From the NCBI RefSeq assembly GCF_004010195.1, contig NC_057720.1, forward strand, positions 4,325,800 through 4,389,799: a stretch of DNA of 64,000 nt, given 5' to 3'. This document shows positions 1 through 11,700 of this stretch, piece by piece. The stretch is from Chiloscyllium plagiosum. Lineage: Eukaryota. Under the pieces are notes generated by a model. That model had not been told where the DNA came from. It worked only from the letters and a program-made list of their open reading frames with translations, and searched no databases. Every line of letters begins with the position of its first letter. The first letter of the stretch is position 1. A program made the position numbers and the translations under genes.

Positions 1-571
1 GGTAGACAGTGAAAGTCTTTTTCCTAGGATGATGACGTCCAAGTGTACGAGGGGACATAACTACAAATTGAAGGGTGATAGATTTAAGACAGATGTCAGG
101 GGCAGGTTCTTTACGCAGAGAGTGGTAAGGGCGTGGGATGCCCTACCTACTAATGTAGTCGACTCAGCCACATTAGGGAGATTTAAGTAATCCTTCGATA
201 AGCACATGGATAATTTTGGGATAGCGTATCTGGACGAGCTGAGAATAGTTCACAGGTCGGCACGACATCGAGTGCGCTGTATTCTGCACTCTATATTCTA
301 TAGGTATAAGGTGAGATGGGGAAGATTTAAAATGGGACAACTTTTTCACGCAGAGGGTGGTGTGTGTATGGAATAAGGTGCCAGAGGAAATGGTGGAGGC
401 TGGTACAATTGCAGCATTTAAAAGGCATCTCGATGGCTATATGAATAGGAAGGGTTTGGAGAGATATGGGTCAAATGCTGGCAAATGGGACTAGATTAAT
501 TTAGGATATCTTATCGGCGTGGACAAGTTGGACTGAAGGGTCTGCTTCGGTGCTGTACATCTCTATGACTC
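1..571 (+). mobile_element. two tandem CR1 LINE 3' ends
   Basis: Two FFTQRVV-type ORF2 C-termini, each followed by a CR1 3' UTR and a short tail (ctatattcta; ctctatgact). Confidence 0.85.
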
Positions 572-775
572 GAGGTATCCATGAATTAAAAAGAATAACT
601 GCCTGGCAACAGCTTCTCAGTTAAGCTACAGTTTGTCACACAAACGTACACAGCTGCACTCTGATCTCCCAAAAGCCTACAAGCCAAGATAGGTCTCCCT
701 CCCTCTCTTTGCATTGTTTCAAATTTCCAGTCTCCATAGCTCTTTATTTTATATTACTCGACTGGATTTTTTTTA

Positions 776-1575
776 TAACAAAGAACAAAGAAAATTTACA
801 GCCCCGGAACAGGCCCTTCAGTCCTCCAAGCCTGAGCCGATCAAAATGTACTGTCTAAACCTGTCGGTCAATTCCTAAGCATCTGTATCCCTTTACTCCC
901 CATCTACTCATGTATTTATCTAGACACATCTTAAATGAATTCACCGTGCCTGCATCTACCACCTCTGCTGGCAACACATTCCAAATGCCCACCACCCTCT
1001 GTGTGAAGTACTTGCTGCATGTATCGCCCTTAAACTTTTCATCTCTTGAAAGTGTGACCTCTCGTTATTGAATCCTTCACCCTGGGCAAAAGCTGATCTC
1101 TATCTACCCTGTCTATACCCTTCATGATTTGTAAGCCCTAATCAGGTCCCCCCTCAATCTCCTTTTTTCTAATGAAAATAAACCTAACCTACTCAACCTC
1201 TCTTCATAGCTAGCACCTTCCATACCAGGCAACATCCTTGTAAACCTTCTCTGCACCCTCTCCAAAGCGTCCACATCCTTTTGGTAATGTGGTGACCAGA
1301 ACTGTACACAGTATTCTAAATGCAGCCGAACCAATGTCTTGTACAATTTTAACATGACTTGCCAGCTCTTATACTCAATACCCCGTCCAATAAAGGCAAG
1401 CATACTATATGCCTTCTTGACCACTCTATCCACCTGTGCAGCAACCTTCAGGGTACAATGGACCTGTACTCCCAGATCTCTCTGCCCATCAACCTTTCCC
1501 AAGGCTCTTCTGTTTATTATATAATTCGCTCTAGAATTAGTCTTGCCTAAATGCATCACCTCACATTTGCTATTT
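776..1575 (-). mobile_element. CR1 LINE 3' fragment
   Basis: ORF 1122..1634: KCEVMHLG...[29 protein letters not shown]; (TTCTTTG)n tail. Confidence 0.92.
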
Positions 1576-1877
1576 GCTACTGGAGATTTCCCAAATGAAA
1601 GCATTGGGTTTTGTACACTTAGTGTTATGCTCATGTGTTAAAAAGTCCATTAAACTCATTCAGGTTTAGAAGTTTTTAAGATAAAACAGCAAATCTTCAA
1701 TATTGTGTTTCTTGGGAAAATCAAGTTCATGTAAAGTAGCACACAGGCATTTAAAAACTTCAAAAGAAGAAGTAGAAGAGTTGACAGCAAAAATATTACA
1801 ACTAATATGTTTTAAACAGGGAACAAAGCCCCAGTGTTACTATGTCTACAAAGTGAACCTCTGAGAATGAAGATGTA

Positions 1878-2408
1878 GATGTCGTGGTATTGGACTGGGG
1901 TGAGCAAGGTCAGAAGTCAGGTAACACCAGGCTATAGTCCAACAGGTTAATTTGAAATCACAAGCTTTCACAAGTCAGACTTCACCTGTTGAAGGGGCAA
2001 TGCTCCAACAGCTTGTGATTAGAATCCCTGCAGTGTGGAAACAGGCTCTTTGGCCCAACAAGTCCACACTGACCCTCTGAGGAGTAATCCACACTACCCT
2101 ATTATCCTACATTTACCCCTGAACAATGCACCTAACCTACTCATCACAGAACACGATGAGCAATTTAACACGGCCAATTCACCTAAACTGCACACCTTTG
2201 GATTGTGGAAGGAAATCATAGCACCCAGAGGAGACCCACACAGACACAGGGAGAATGTGCAAACTCCACGCGCGAGGCTGGACTTGAAGCCGGGTCCCTC
2301 GTGTTGTAAGGCAGCAATGCTAACCACTGAGCCACCGTGCTGCCCAAAATAAGCCTGTTTCTAATCAACTTGTTGGACAAGAACCTGATGACATCTGACT
2401 TCTGACTC
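1878..2408. mobile_element. degenerate PLE family-A fold-back element, interrupted by a SINE
   Basis: The arm ttggactgggg...tatagtccaacagg matches 17766ff; decayed hammerhead-like core at ~1986-2018; the inverted arm resumes after the SINE at ~2348. Confidence 0.65.
2019..2347 (-). mobile_element. tRNA-derived V-SINE (HE1-like)
   Basis: Head ggcagcacggtggctcagtggttagc (A box), B-box-like ggttcaagtcc, V-core tggagtttgcacattctcc, CR1-like tail. Confidence 0.88.
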
Positions 2409-2559
2409 TGGAAGTGAGAGTCGGTGTTTTATACACAGTTATTAAGAGGGTTAGTAAAGTGAATTACCTGGTAGTTACTCCAGATTTTAGAAATAGCAAA
2501 ACAGTCAGCTGGCAAGAAACATGGGAGATGTCAGAGACTATAAGAATGAAGTCACAGGA

Positions 2560-5007
2560 AAAAGAGACCATTCACAAAGTGATACTCCCACATCTCAACC
2601 AGCTAAGAATGAAACACTGTGATAATTAATTTATGTATTCTTGTACTTAGAGGAAGGAAATAGAGATCTGATAATGTTACTGAGAAATTTCAGGAACATT
2701 GTAGAGATGTTGTACAGTGTTAGTGGGGCAGATTCTGGATAGAAGGGAATTTGTATCAATAAGGCAACATCCTAATATTTAAACCTAAAATGATGAGCTC
2801 AGGTGGAAATTACACAGTGAATGGCAGAACCCTTAGGAGTAAAGATTTGGGAGATCATGCCTCACAAATTTATGAGAGGTTTTTGATGAAGTGACCAGGA
2901 AGGTTGACAAGGGCAGTTTGGTAGATGTTGTCTATATGGATTTCAATAAGACTTTGATAAGGTTCCATATGGTAGACTGCTCTGGAAGGTTAGATCGCAT
3001 GGAGCCCAGGGAGAGCTGTCAAACTGCACAATTAGTTTGATGGTAGGAAGCAGAGTGTTATAGTGGAAGGATGCTTGTCGGACTGGAGACCTGTGACTGG
3101 TGGAGTGCCTCAGTGGTTGGTGCTGGGCCCATTGCTGTTTGTTATCTATATCAATGATGACACTAAAATAGGAGGTATCATGGACAGTGAGGAAGGTTAT
3201 CAGAAATTGCAGCAGGACCTTGATCAGCTGGGGAAGTGGGCCGAGAAATGGCAAATAGAGTTTAATATAGATAGGTGTGATATCTTGCATTTTGGAAAGT
3301 CAAATCAAGGTAGGAGTTTCATGATGGATGGCCTTAAGGAGTGTAGTAGAACAGATGGACCTTGGAGTTCAGGTGCATGGTTCTCTGAAAGTGGAGTCAG
3401 CAGGTAGATAGGGCAGTGAGGAAGGCTTTTTGCACACTGGCCGTGATCAGTCAGAGCATTGAGTATAGAAGTTGGGAAGTTATGGTGCAGTTGTACAGGA
3501 CATTAGTGAGGCTGCACTTGGTGTATTGTGTTCAATTTTGATCACCGTGCTTTAGGAAGGATGTTATTAAACTGGAAAGCATGCAGAAGAAATTTACAAG
3601 GATGTTGCCAGGACTCAATGGTCTGAGTTATAGAGAGAGGTTGGACAAGCTAGGACTTTTTTCTTTACAGCGTAGAAGACTGAGGGGGGACCTTATAGAA
3701 GTGTGTAAGATCATTGAGAGGCATGGATAGGGTCGATGCACTCAGTCTTTTTCCCAGGGTTGGGGAATCAAGGACTAGAGGGTTTAAGGTTAGGGGGACC
3801 CGAGGGGCAACTTTTTTACACAGAGGGTGGTACGCATATGGAATGAGTTGCCAGCAGAAGTGGTTGAGGGGGTACACTAACAACATTGAACAGGCATTTG
3901 GACAAATACATGGTTAGGGAAGGTATAGAAGGATATGGGCCAAGTGCAGGGAAATGGGGTTAACGTGAATGGACAATTTGGTCGGCATGGACCAGTTAGG
4001 CCAAAGAGCCTCCTTCCATGCTGTAGGACTCAATGATATGCAGATGGATCTGAATGTGCAGGTCCACAGAACTCTGAAGGTGGCAGCGCAGGTAGATAAG
4101 GCAGTTAAAAAAAAATTGTAGCATGTTGGCCTTCATTGGAAGGGGCATTGAGTATATGGATAGGCAAGTTATCCTGCAGCATTGTAGAACCTTACTTAGG
4201 CCATACTTGGAATATTGTATACAGTTCTGGTCACCAGTCTACCAGAAGGATGTGGATGCTTTGGAAAGGGTACAGAAAAAGTTTACCAAGATGTTGCCTG
4301 GTATGGGGGATTTTAGCTATGAGGAAAGGTTGGATAGACTGCGTTTGTTTTCACTGAAGTGCAGGAGGTTCGGGGAGACTGTATAGAAGTTTATAAGATT
4401 GTGAATGGCATGGATAGAGTGGAAAGTATGAGACATTTTCCCAGGAGGGAGAGGTAAATGACTAGAGAGTACAGGTTCAAGATGCAGGGGGCGGGGAAGG
4501 TTAAAAGTGACGGACGAGGCATATTTTTCATACAAAAGGTGGTGAGTACCTGGAACACATTGCTAGAGGAAATGGTAGAAGCAGGCACAATAGCAGCATT
4601 CAATAAGCACCTGTATGAATACATGAATAGGAAGGGAATAGAGGCATATGGATCCTGTAAGTAAAGACAGTTTTAGTATGGAAGGGCAAAATGTGTCGGC
4701 ACAGCTTTGGAGAGCCGAAGGGCCTGTTCCTGTGTTGTATTGTTCTTGGAAACAGATTGAATACATGGTGAAAATCATTCAATCAAAGCTAGCAAAGGAA
4801 ATTGGTGCTCACTGAGGATGTTAGTTGCCAAACAGGATGGGTTGACTAGATTTTGCATTGAGTACAGGCAAGCAACAAAAACTAATTGATATATAATTCC
4901 TCAGTTAGAGGATCGTGTTAATAAAGTTCACACTCCTTATCTGTTGAAGTGGTACAGGCAAGTATCATTTACAACAAAAGCCTAAGAAATATCAGCTTTT
5001 GTAACAC
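2560..5007 (+). mobile_element. old Gypsy/Gmr1-like RT remnant (~2560-2800 and ~4755-5007) split by CR1 insertions
   Basis: 4755-5007 reads roughly ...VAKQDGLTRFCIEYRQ...IPQLEDRVNKV...EISAFVT; the upstream piece has SIRQHP like the RT start at ~36560. Confidence 0.6.
2808..4748 (+). mobile_element. CR1 fragment with a second CR1 (~2843-4032) nested inside
   Basis: ORFs 3063..3407 ([25 protein letters not shown]) and 4123..4386; two separate 3' UTRs. Confidence 0.88.
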
Positions 5008-5009
5008 AG

Positions 5010-5310
5010 AAGTCCACCCTGACCCTCTGAAGAGTAACCCACCCATACCCATTCCCCTACCCTATACTTACCCCTGACTACTGTACCTAACCTACAAATC
5101 CCTGAACATTATGGCAATTTTCCATGGCCAATCCATCCTGACCTGCACATCTTTGGACTGTGGGAGGAAACTGGAGCACCTGGCAGAAACCCACGCAGAT
5201 ACGGAGAGAATGTGCAAGCTCCACACAGACAGTCACCTGAGGCTGGAAACGAACCTGGGACCCTGGTGCTGTGAGGCAGCAGTGCTAACCACTGAGCCAC
5301 TGTGCCACCC
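5010..5310 (-). mobile_element. V-SINE (HE1-like)
   Basis: tRNA head plus V-core, same family as 54329. Confidence 0.9.
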
Positions 5311-5450
5311 CCCAGTCAGAGTTTTCACAACTTTGAAAGATTGTACTTAAGTTCTTTACCAATCTCCGAGACAACGTTTGAGTCTGCCGGTGCCAAACAG
5401 TTTTCAGCATTATTGTAACAAACATGTAACGGTTTGTTTTGTTTTCTCAG

Positions 5451-5702
5451 ATCTCCCATGTTCAGATTCTGGAGTACAATGGCATTTGGCCCAGAGATTC
5501 CTTCATCCCGTCACATAAACTCACACAGAAGCTGGCTCCAGAGCTGACCAAGCCCGTGAAGTTTGAGTACAGCAACGGCCGAGTGGGAAACATCCAGGCC
5601 CCTGCAGACCTGCTTGAAGATGTCCTGAACATTCATCGTGGAATCCTCAACATCTTTCAAATCACCATGAAGAAATCACAAAATTTCTATGGGCTGCAAG
5701 AG
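5451..5702 (+). CDS. vtg: vitellogenin exon (~exon 4), 252 nt
   Basis: ttctcag|ATC...GAG|gtactg; [16 protein letters not shown]...[10 protein letters not shown]...[25 protein letters not shown]. Confidence 0.96.
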
Positions 5703-8700
5703 GTACTGCATTTTTTTGTCCCACTGCATTAGCAGCCCTTGCCCTGGTACTAGTTTGTGTATTACATGCAAAACGTCACAAGAAATAGAAGCAGGAATGG
5801 ACCATTCAGCCCTCTAAGTCTACTCCACAATTCAAATGTTCACGGTTTATCTGCTGCCTCAGCTCCACGTTCCCGGCCACTCCCCATATCCATTGATTCC
5901 CAAAATCCCTGAGAAACCAGAAATCTCTCTGTCACAACCTTAAATATTTTCATGATTGAGCATCCCTATCTTACTGGGTTAGAAAATTCTGAAGATTGAG
6001 GACTATTTGAGTGAAGAAATTTCTCCTCATCTAAAGAACAAAGGACAGAACAGCAACAGGCCCTTTGGCCCACCAGGACTGCACAGGCACTTGATGCCTT
6101 TCTAAACTAAAACTCTTTCACCTCTACAGGGTTCATATCCTCCTATTCGCTGCCTGTCCATGTGTCTGTCAAGATGTCTCTTAAATGTTGCTATTGTATC
6201 CACTTCCACCACTTCCCCTGGCAGTGCATTTCAGGCACTTACCACCCTCTGCCTCTCACATCTCCTTTAAACTTACCCCCTTTTACCTTAAACCTACACC
6301 CGCTAGTAATTGACGTTTCTACCCTGGGAAAAAGATCCAACTTTTCCATTGTATCCCTACCACTCATAATTTTGTAAAATTCTATCATCGTCCAAAATTC
6401 GAGTGAAAGCAAACCAGGTTTGTCCAATTTCTCCTCACCGCTAATACTCTCCAGACCCCAGGTAACATCCTGGTATGCAATCCAAAGCCTCCAAATTTGT
6501 CTGGTAATGTGGCCACCAGAACTGAACACAATGCTCCAAATGTGATTGAAATAAAGCCCTATACAACTGCAACGTTATTTGCCAATTTTATACTCCATGC
6601 CCTGAATAATTAAGACAAGCATACCATGAGTCTTCTTGTCCAGCTTATCCACTTGTGTTGCTACTTTAAATGAACTCGGTACCTGTACACCTGGATCCCT
6701 CTTGTACGTTGATGCTAATGAGTTCTGTCATTTATTATAGATGTTCCTCCTGCATGAGATCCTCAAAAATCCATCACCTCACATTTGTTTGGATTTAACA
6801 CCATCTGCCATTTCTCCACCCCAGTCTCTAGCCTATTGAAATCCTGCTGTATCATAAGACATAGAAGCAGAAATTAGGCCATTCAGCCCATCGAGTCTGC
6901 TCTGCCATTCAATCATGGTTGATCAGTTTCTGAACCCCATTCTCCTGCTGGTAATTCCCCTCACTCTTGGTAGCTCCCCCATTCTTTGTGTCATCTACAA
7001 ACTTAGTAATCAGACCACTTACACTCTCTTCCAAATCATTGATATAAAGTACAGTCTCAGTCTGAAATAATCAACCTGAGACTATGACGTAGATTTCTTG
7101 AGGCAAGGGGAGACAATCTCTGTATCCAACCCATCAGCCTTTCCACATCCTTCTCCATTTCGATAGATCACATCTCATTCTTCTAAACTTCAGAGATTAT
7201 AAATCCATTTCACTCAGTCCCTCTTTGAAGGGCATTTCTCTCACCGCAAGAACCATCCTAGTGAACCCTGCTGTGCCACCTGCAATCTATAACATTAAAA
7301 AAACCCAAAGCTGTGCAGTTACCTGAGATGTGGTTCCAGCAAAGCCTTTTACAGTAGCAGCAAAACTTCCTTATTCTCGATCAGTCAGAGAATCTAGGGT
7401 TATAGGGAAAATGTGGCAAAGTGGAAGTGAGGACTGTTGGATCATCTGTGATCCTATTGAATCGAAAGGCTGAAAACTTACTTCTGTTCCTATTGCTTCA
7501 GGTCATCTGGTCTTATTCTTGCCCAGAAATGATAAACCATTTAACCTGGTGAATGAGACATGCTATCTGATTTGTTGTATGATTCAGAATGGAGAACTAG
7601 TCTGATCATTTCCAACTATTCGCATTTTAAGAGCTGATTTTTCCCAACTGGGTGCATTGCAATCTCCTTGAAATAAAGCCATTTCTTTTCCCATCTGCAG
7701 GCTGGGATTGAAGGTGTTTGTCTCACAAATTACATCATTCAGGAAAACAAGAAAGCTAACCGAATTACTGTCACCAAGTCCAAAGACTTGAATAACTGTA
7801 AGGAGAAAGTTATGATATTCACTGGTGCAGTCTATGCTGAACTCTGCCCTATCTGCCAACAGGTAAACTTCATCAATTCAGAACTTTCTTCTCTCCTCAT
7901 AAAACCAACTGTTATCCCCAAAACTCATAATAAAATCAAGGGCTAGAGTTTGTATGTAAGTTAGCTCGCTGAGCTGGAAGGGTTGTTTTCAGAGGTTTCA
8001 TCACCTTGACAGGCAACATAATCAGTGAGAGAGTCTGGTGAAGTGTACATACTACCAGCGCCCCACCGGACTCTCTCACTGATGATGTCACCTTGTCATG
8101 GTATGAAACCTCTGAAAACAACCCTTCCAGCTCAGCGAGCTAATGTCCATACTTAGCATCAACCTTAGCTAAAAATCTTCTCAAAAACGGCTAAAGTTTC
8201 TGTTTGACTGCATTCTGGAAACTGGGCATGAACGTGGCACAAAATTAGACTGGTCGGGTTAGTCTGCAATCTTTCATGAAAATTAACTTGCAAAATCTTC
8301 CATGAACCAACAAAATTTGTCCAAAAAATACTTGTTACCTGTAGGTTTGACTATTTCAAAGTATCCCTGGTTGGCTGTTCCATATTCTCCCCTCCATGTA
8401 ATTCCATCTAATTTTATTTTAATACTCATTCACAGGATGTAGGCATCACTGGCTAGGCCAGCATTTATTGCCCATCACTAAATGTCCAGAGGCCAGTTAA
8501 GAGTTAACCACGTTGCTGTGCATCTGGAGTCACATGTAGGCTAGACCAGGTAAAGATGATAGGTTCCTTCCCTAAAGGCATTAGTGACCCAGATGATTTT
8601 TCACAACAATCGAAAATGGTTGGCGTTGGACTCTTAATTCTACATTTTTATTGAATTCAAGTTCCACCATCTACCGTGGCAAGATTCAAACCCATAACAT

Positions 8701-11700
8701 TACATGGATTAACAGTCCAGCGATAATACAACTAGGCCATTGCCTCCCCTTGCGGACTTGCCCTAACTCTCACCAAGTCCTGATCACTATCTCCTTTCAT
8801 AGGCAGTCCCTCAAGAGTGATGGTGACTTGCTCACTGTCCAGCTTGATTCTGGATTTGAGTTCTGAGATGGCTGTTAAGTCCAATGCATGATCTCAATGT
8901 CCATCCATGTTGGTGTTCACTATTCAAACCTGTATTCACAGGCCCACACTCAGTCTCAGTTAAGCACTGCCTTGATTTTAACTTCTGCATCATTATTCTC
9001 AAACCCTTCCATGGCCTAGTCCCAATCTTTTTCAATGTCCACCAACCATAACACCCTCTCAGATATCTGTGCTTTTCTAATTCTGATCACTTAAACATCT
9101 CCAGTCTGACTCATCTCACCATTGGTTACCGTTCATTAACTCTGAAGGACATAGGCAGTGAAACATTATTGCTAAATCTCTCTGCCTCTACTATGCCATC
9201 TTACTTTAATATTATCTTCAAACATCCTTTCCGACGGAGTTTCAGGACATCAGTCCTAATATTACCTCACACCATTTCTGGGAAGCACTGTGTAGATGTT
9301 TAATTGCATCAAGACAACCACAAAATGCAAATTGTTGTTGATGCTCTGAGTGGAGGTGCACAAAATGATAACGTTACATTGTTCCTATCTTCAGAGCAAT
9401 AGGAATATACGTGCATCTGCTACTTTTACCCATACCCTAAAACCTACAGCAGCTGGTGCAATTCTTCAGGAAGCAAGGGTTCATGAAGTGCATCAATTTA
9501 CACCATTCAATGAACATGATGGAGCTGCTGTCATGAAAGCAAGGTTAGTCTTTGGATATGAACCTATTGTAGCCATTGTACTAAAATCACATGGGATTCA
9601 GGGTGGGCTGGCTAGTTGGATACAAAACTAGCTTGGTCATAGAAGACAGAGTGTAGCTGTGGAAGGGTGTTTTTCAGAATGGAGACCGGTAACTGGTGGT
9701 GTTCCACAGGGATCAGTCTTAGGTCCTCTGTTGTTTGTAGTATATATAGATGATCTGGAAGTTTATTAAAATGTGTAAGATTAGTAAATTTGCAGACGAC
9801 ACAAAGGCTGGAGGAGTTAATGATAGTGCCGATGATTTTGAAAGGATGCAACAGGATATAGATAGATTAGTGACTTGGGCACAGGAATGGCAGGATGGAG
9901 TTTAATCCAGACAATGCCAAGTGTTGCATTTTGGAGGATGAAATTTAGGTGTGAACTGTACTGTAAATCCCTGTTCACTATGGGTAATTTAGCATGGCTA
10001 ATCCAGCCAACCTGCACATCTTTAGACTGTGGGAGGAAACCCATGCAGACATGTGGAGAATATGCAAATTCCACACATTAGCCCAAGGGTGGAATTGAAC
10101 ACAGAACCCTGGTGCTGTGAGACAGAAGTGCTAACCACTGATCCACCATGCTGCCCCAAAGCTTAAACCTAACTGGTTGACTCTGATGGGTCAGGGCCTT
10201 GCTCTGAGAAATGACCCAGAGAATGACCATCCTCTATTCTGTTGAGGCAGTGTGTGTTCATGTTCTTTCTCTCTGCCAAACACAGGGCCCTGTTTGTTAA
10301 TATATGGAGCTTTCAGTACTCAAGAGTGTGCCAAATTGAGAGCCCAATGCCTGTCTTGTATTGGTTGGTCAGCATAATGGATAGCACACTCGGGATTATG
10401 CGGCAAAAAAGGAATTTCAGAATCACATCTAACATTGGGCACTGTGTTTTGGGTTTTGGAAGTTTGGACTTGTTGGGTGCAGTCAATACCTTGCTTCCTA
10501 TGAACAGTAGAAGGAATATGCTTTTTGATATGATCTTCCAGTATTTGGGACATCACTGAAATTCATATGCTCCATTACTCATTTATACATAGGCAGACAT
10601 TGTTTTAGCTTGACAGCAATATCCTGTTAATTTTAGTTTCTCATGATCTTTGTAATGAAATATGATTCCTTTTGTTTGAAATTCAATCTGATATAAATTG
10701 CCCTCAAAATTCAGATTCAGACAGCTCTGCAAAACCCTTGTTAGATTCCACTTGGAGCATTGTGAGCAGATCTGGGTACCACACCTTAGGAAGGATAGAT
10801 TGGTCTTGGAGGGAGTACAACGTAGGTTTACAAGAATGATGCCTGGACTTCAGGGGTTTAAGTTATGAGGAGCAATTCTACAAATTAGGCCTGTTTTAGC
10901 CAGAGTTTAGAAGACTAAGGGGTAATCTGATTGAAGTCTTCATGATGTTAACAGGAAATGACAGGGTAGATAAAGATAACCTATTCCCACTGGTTGGGGA
11001 GACTAGATCGAGGGACATCGTCTGAGAATTAGGGCCAGACCGTTGAGGAGAGACGTTAGGAATCACGCCTACTCAGAAAGGGTGGGAGATTTTGGAACTC
11101 TCTTCTACAAACAGATGCCAAATCAGTTGTTAATTTAAAATCTGAGAAAGATACGTTTATGTTCAGCAAAGGTATTAAGGGATACGGGCCAAAGGCAGGT
11201 TTTTGGAGTGAGGCCACAGGTCAGCCATGATCTCATTGAATAGCAGAACAAGCTTGAGAGGCTGAATGGCCTACTCCTGCTCTTCTATTTCTTTCACTGG
11301 CTTTCTGCTAAATAAAAGGTTAGGGTGTTTGTCTTTCCAACATCTGATAATCGGATTCTGATTTTTACTTGTGTAAGAGTTGAATGTCTCCCCGGTCAAT
11401 AACCTTTCTTCATCTTATCTACAGGCAACACCTCAGGCTGGTAAACATCAGGCCTGTGGTACTACATGAGCAGCAGGTTCAGTTTGTGAATCGAGGAACC
11501 TTGAAATATCGCTTTGATGAGAATATACTTGGCAAACCAATGAAATTAATGAAAGTCCACAATGTGGAAAAAGTGGTAAATGTCACAAAAAGATGATGTA
11601 TTATTCCATCTGGTGCAGCTATAAACTTCCAAAAGAACATAGAACACTGAACACAGAATAGGGCAGCACAGGGACAGGCCCTTCGGCCCACTATATCTGA

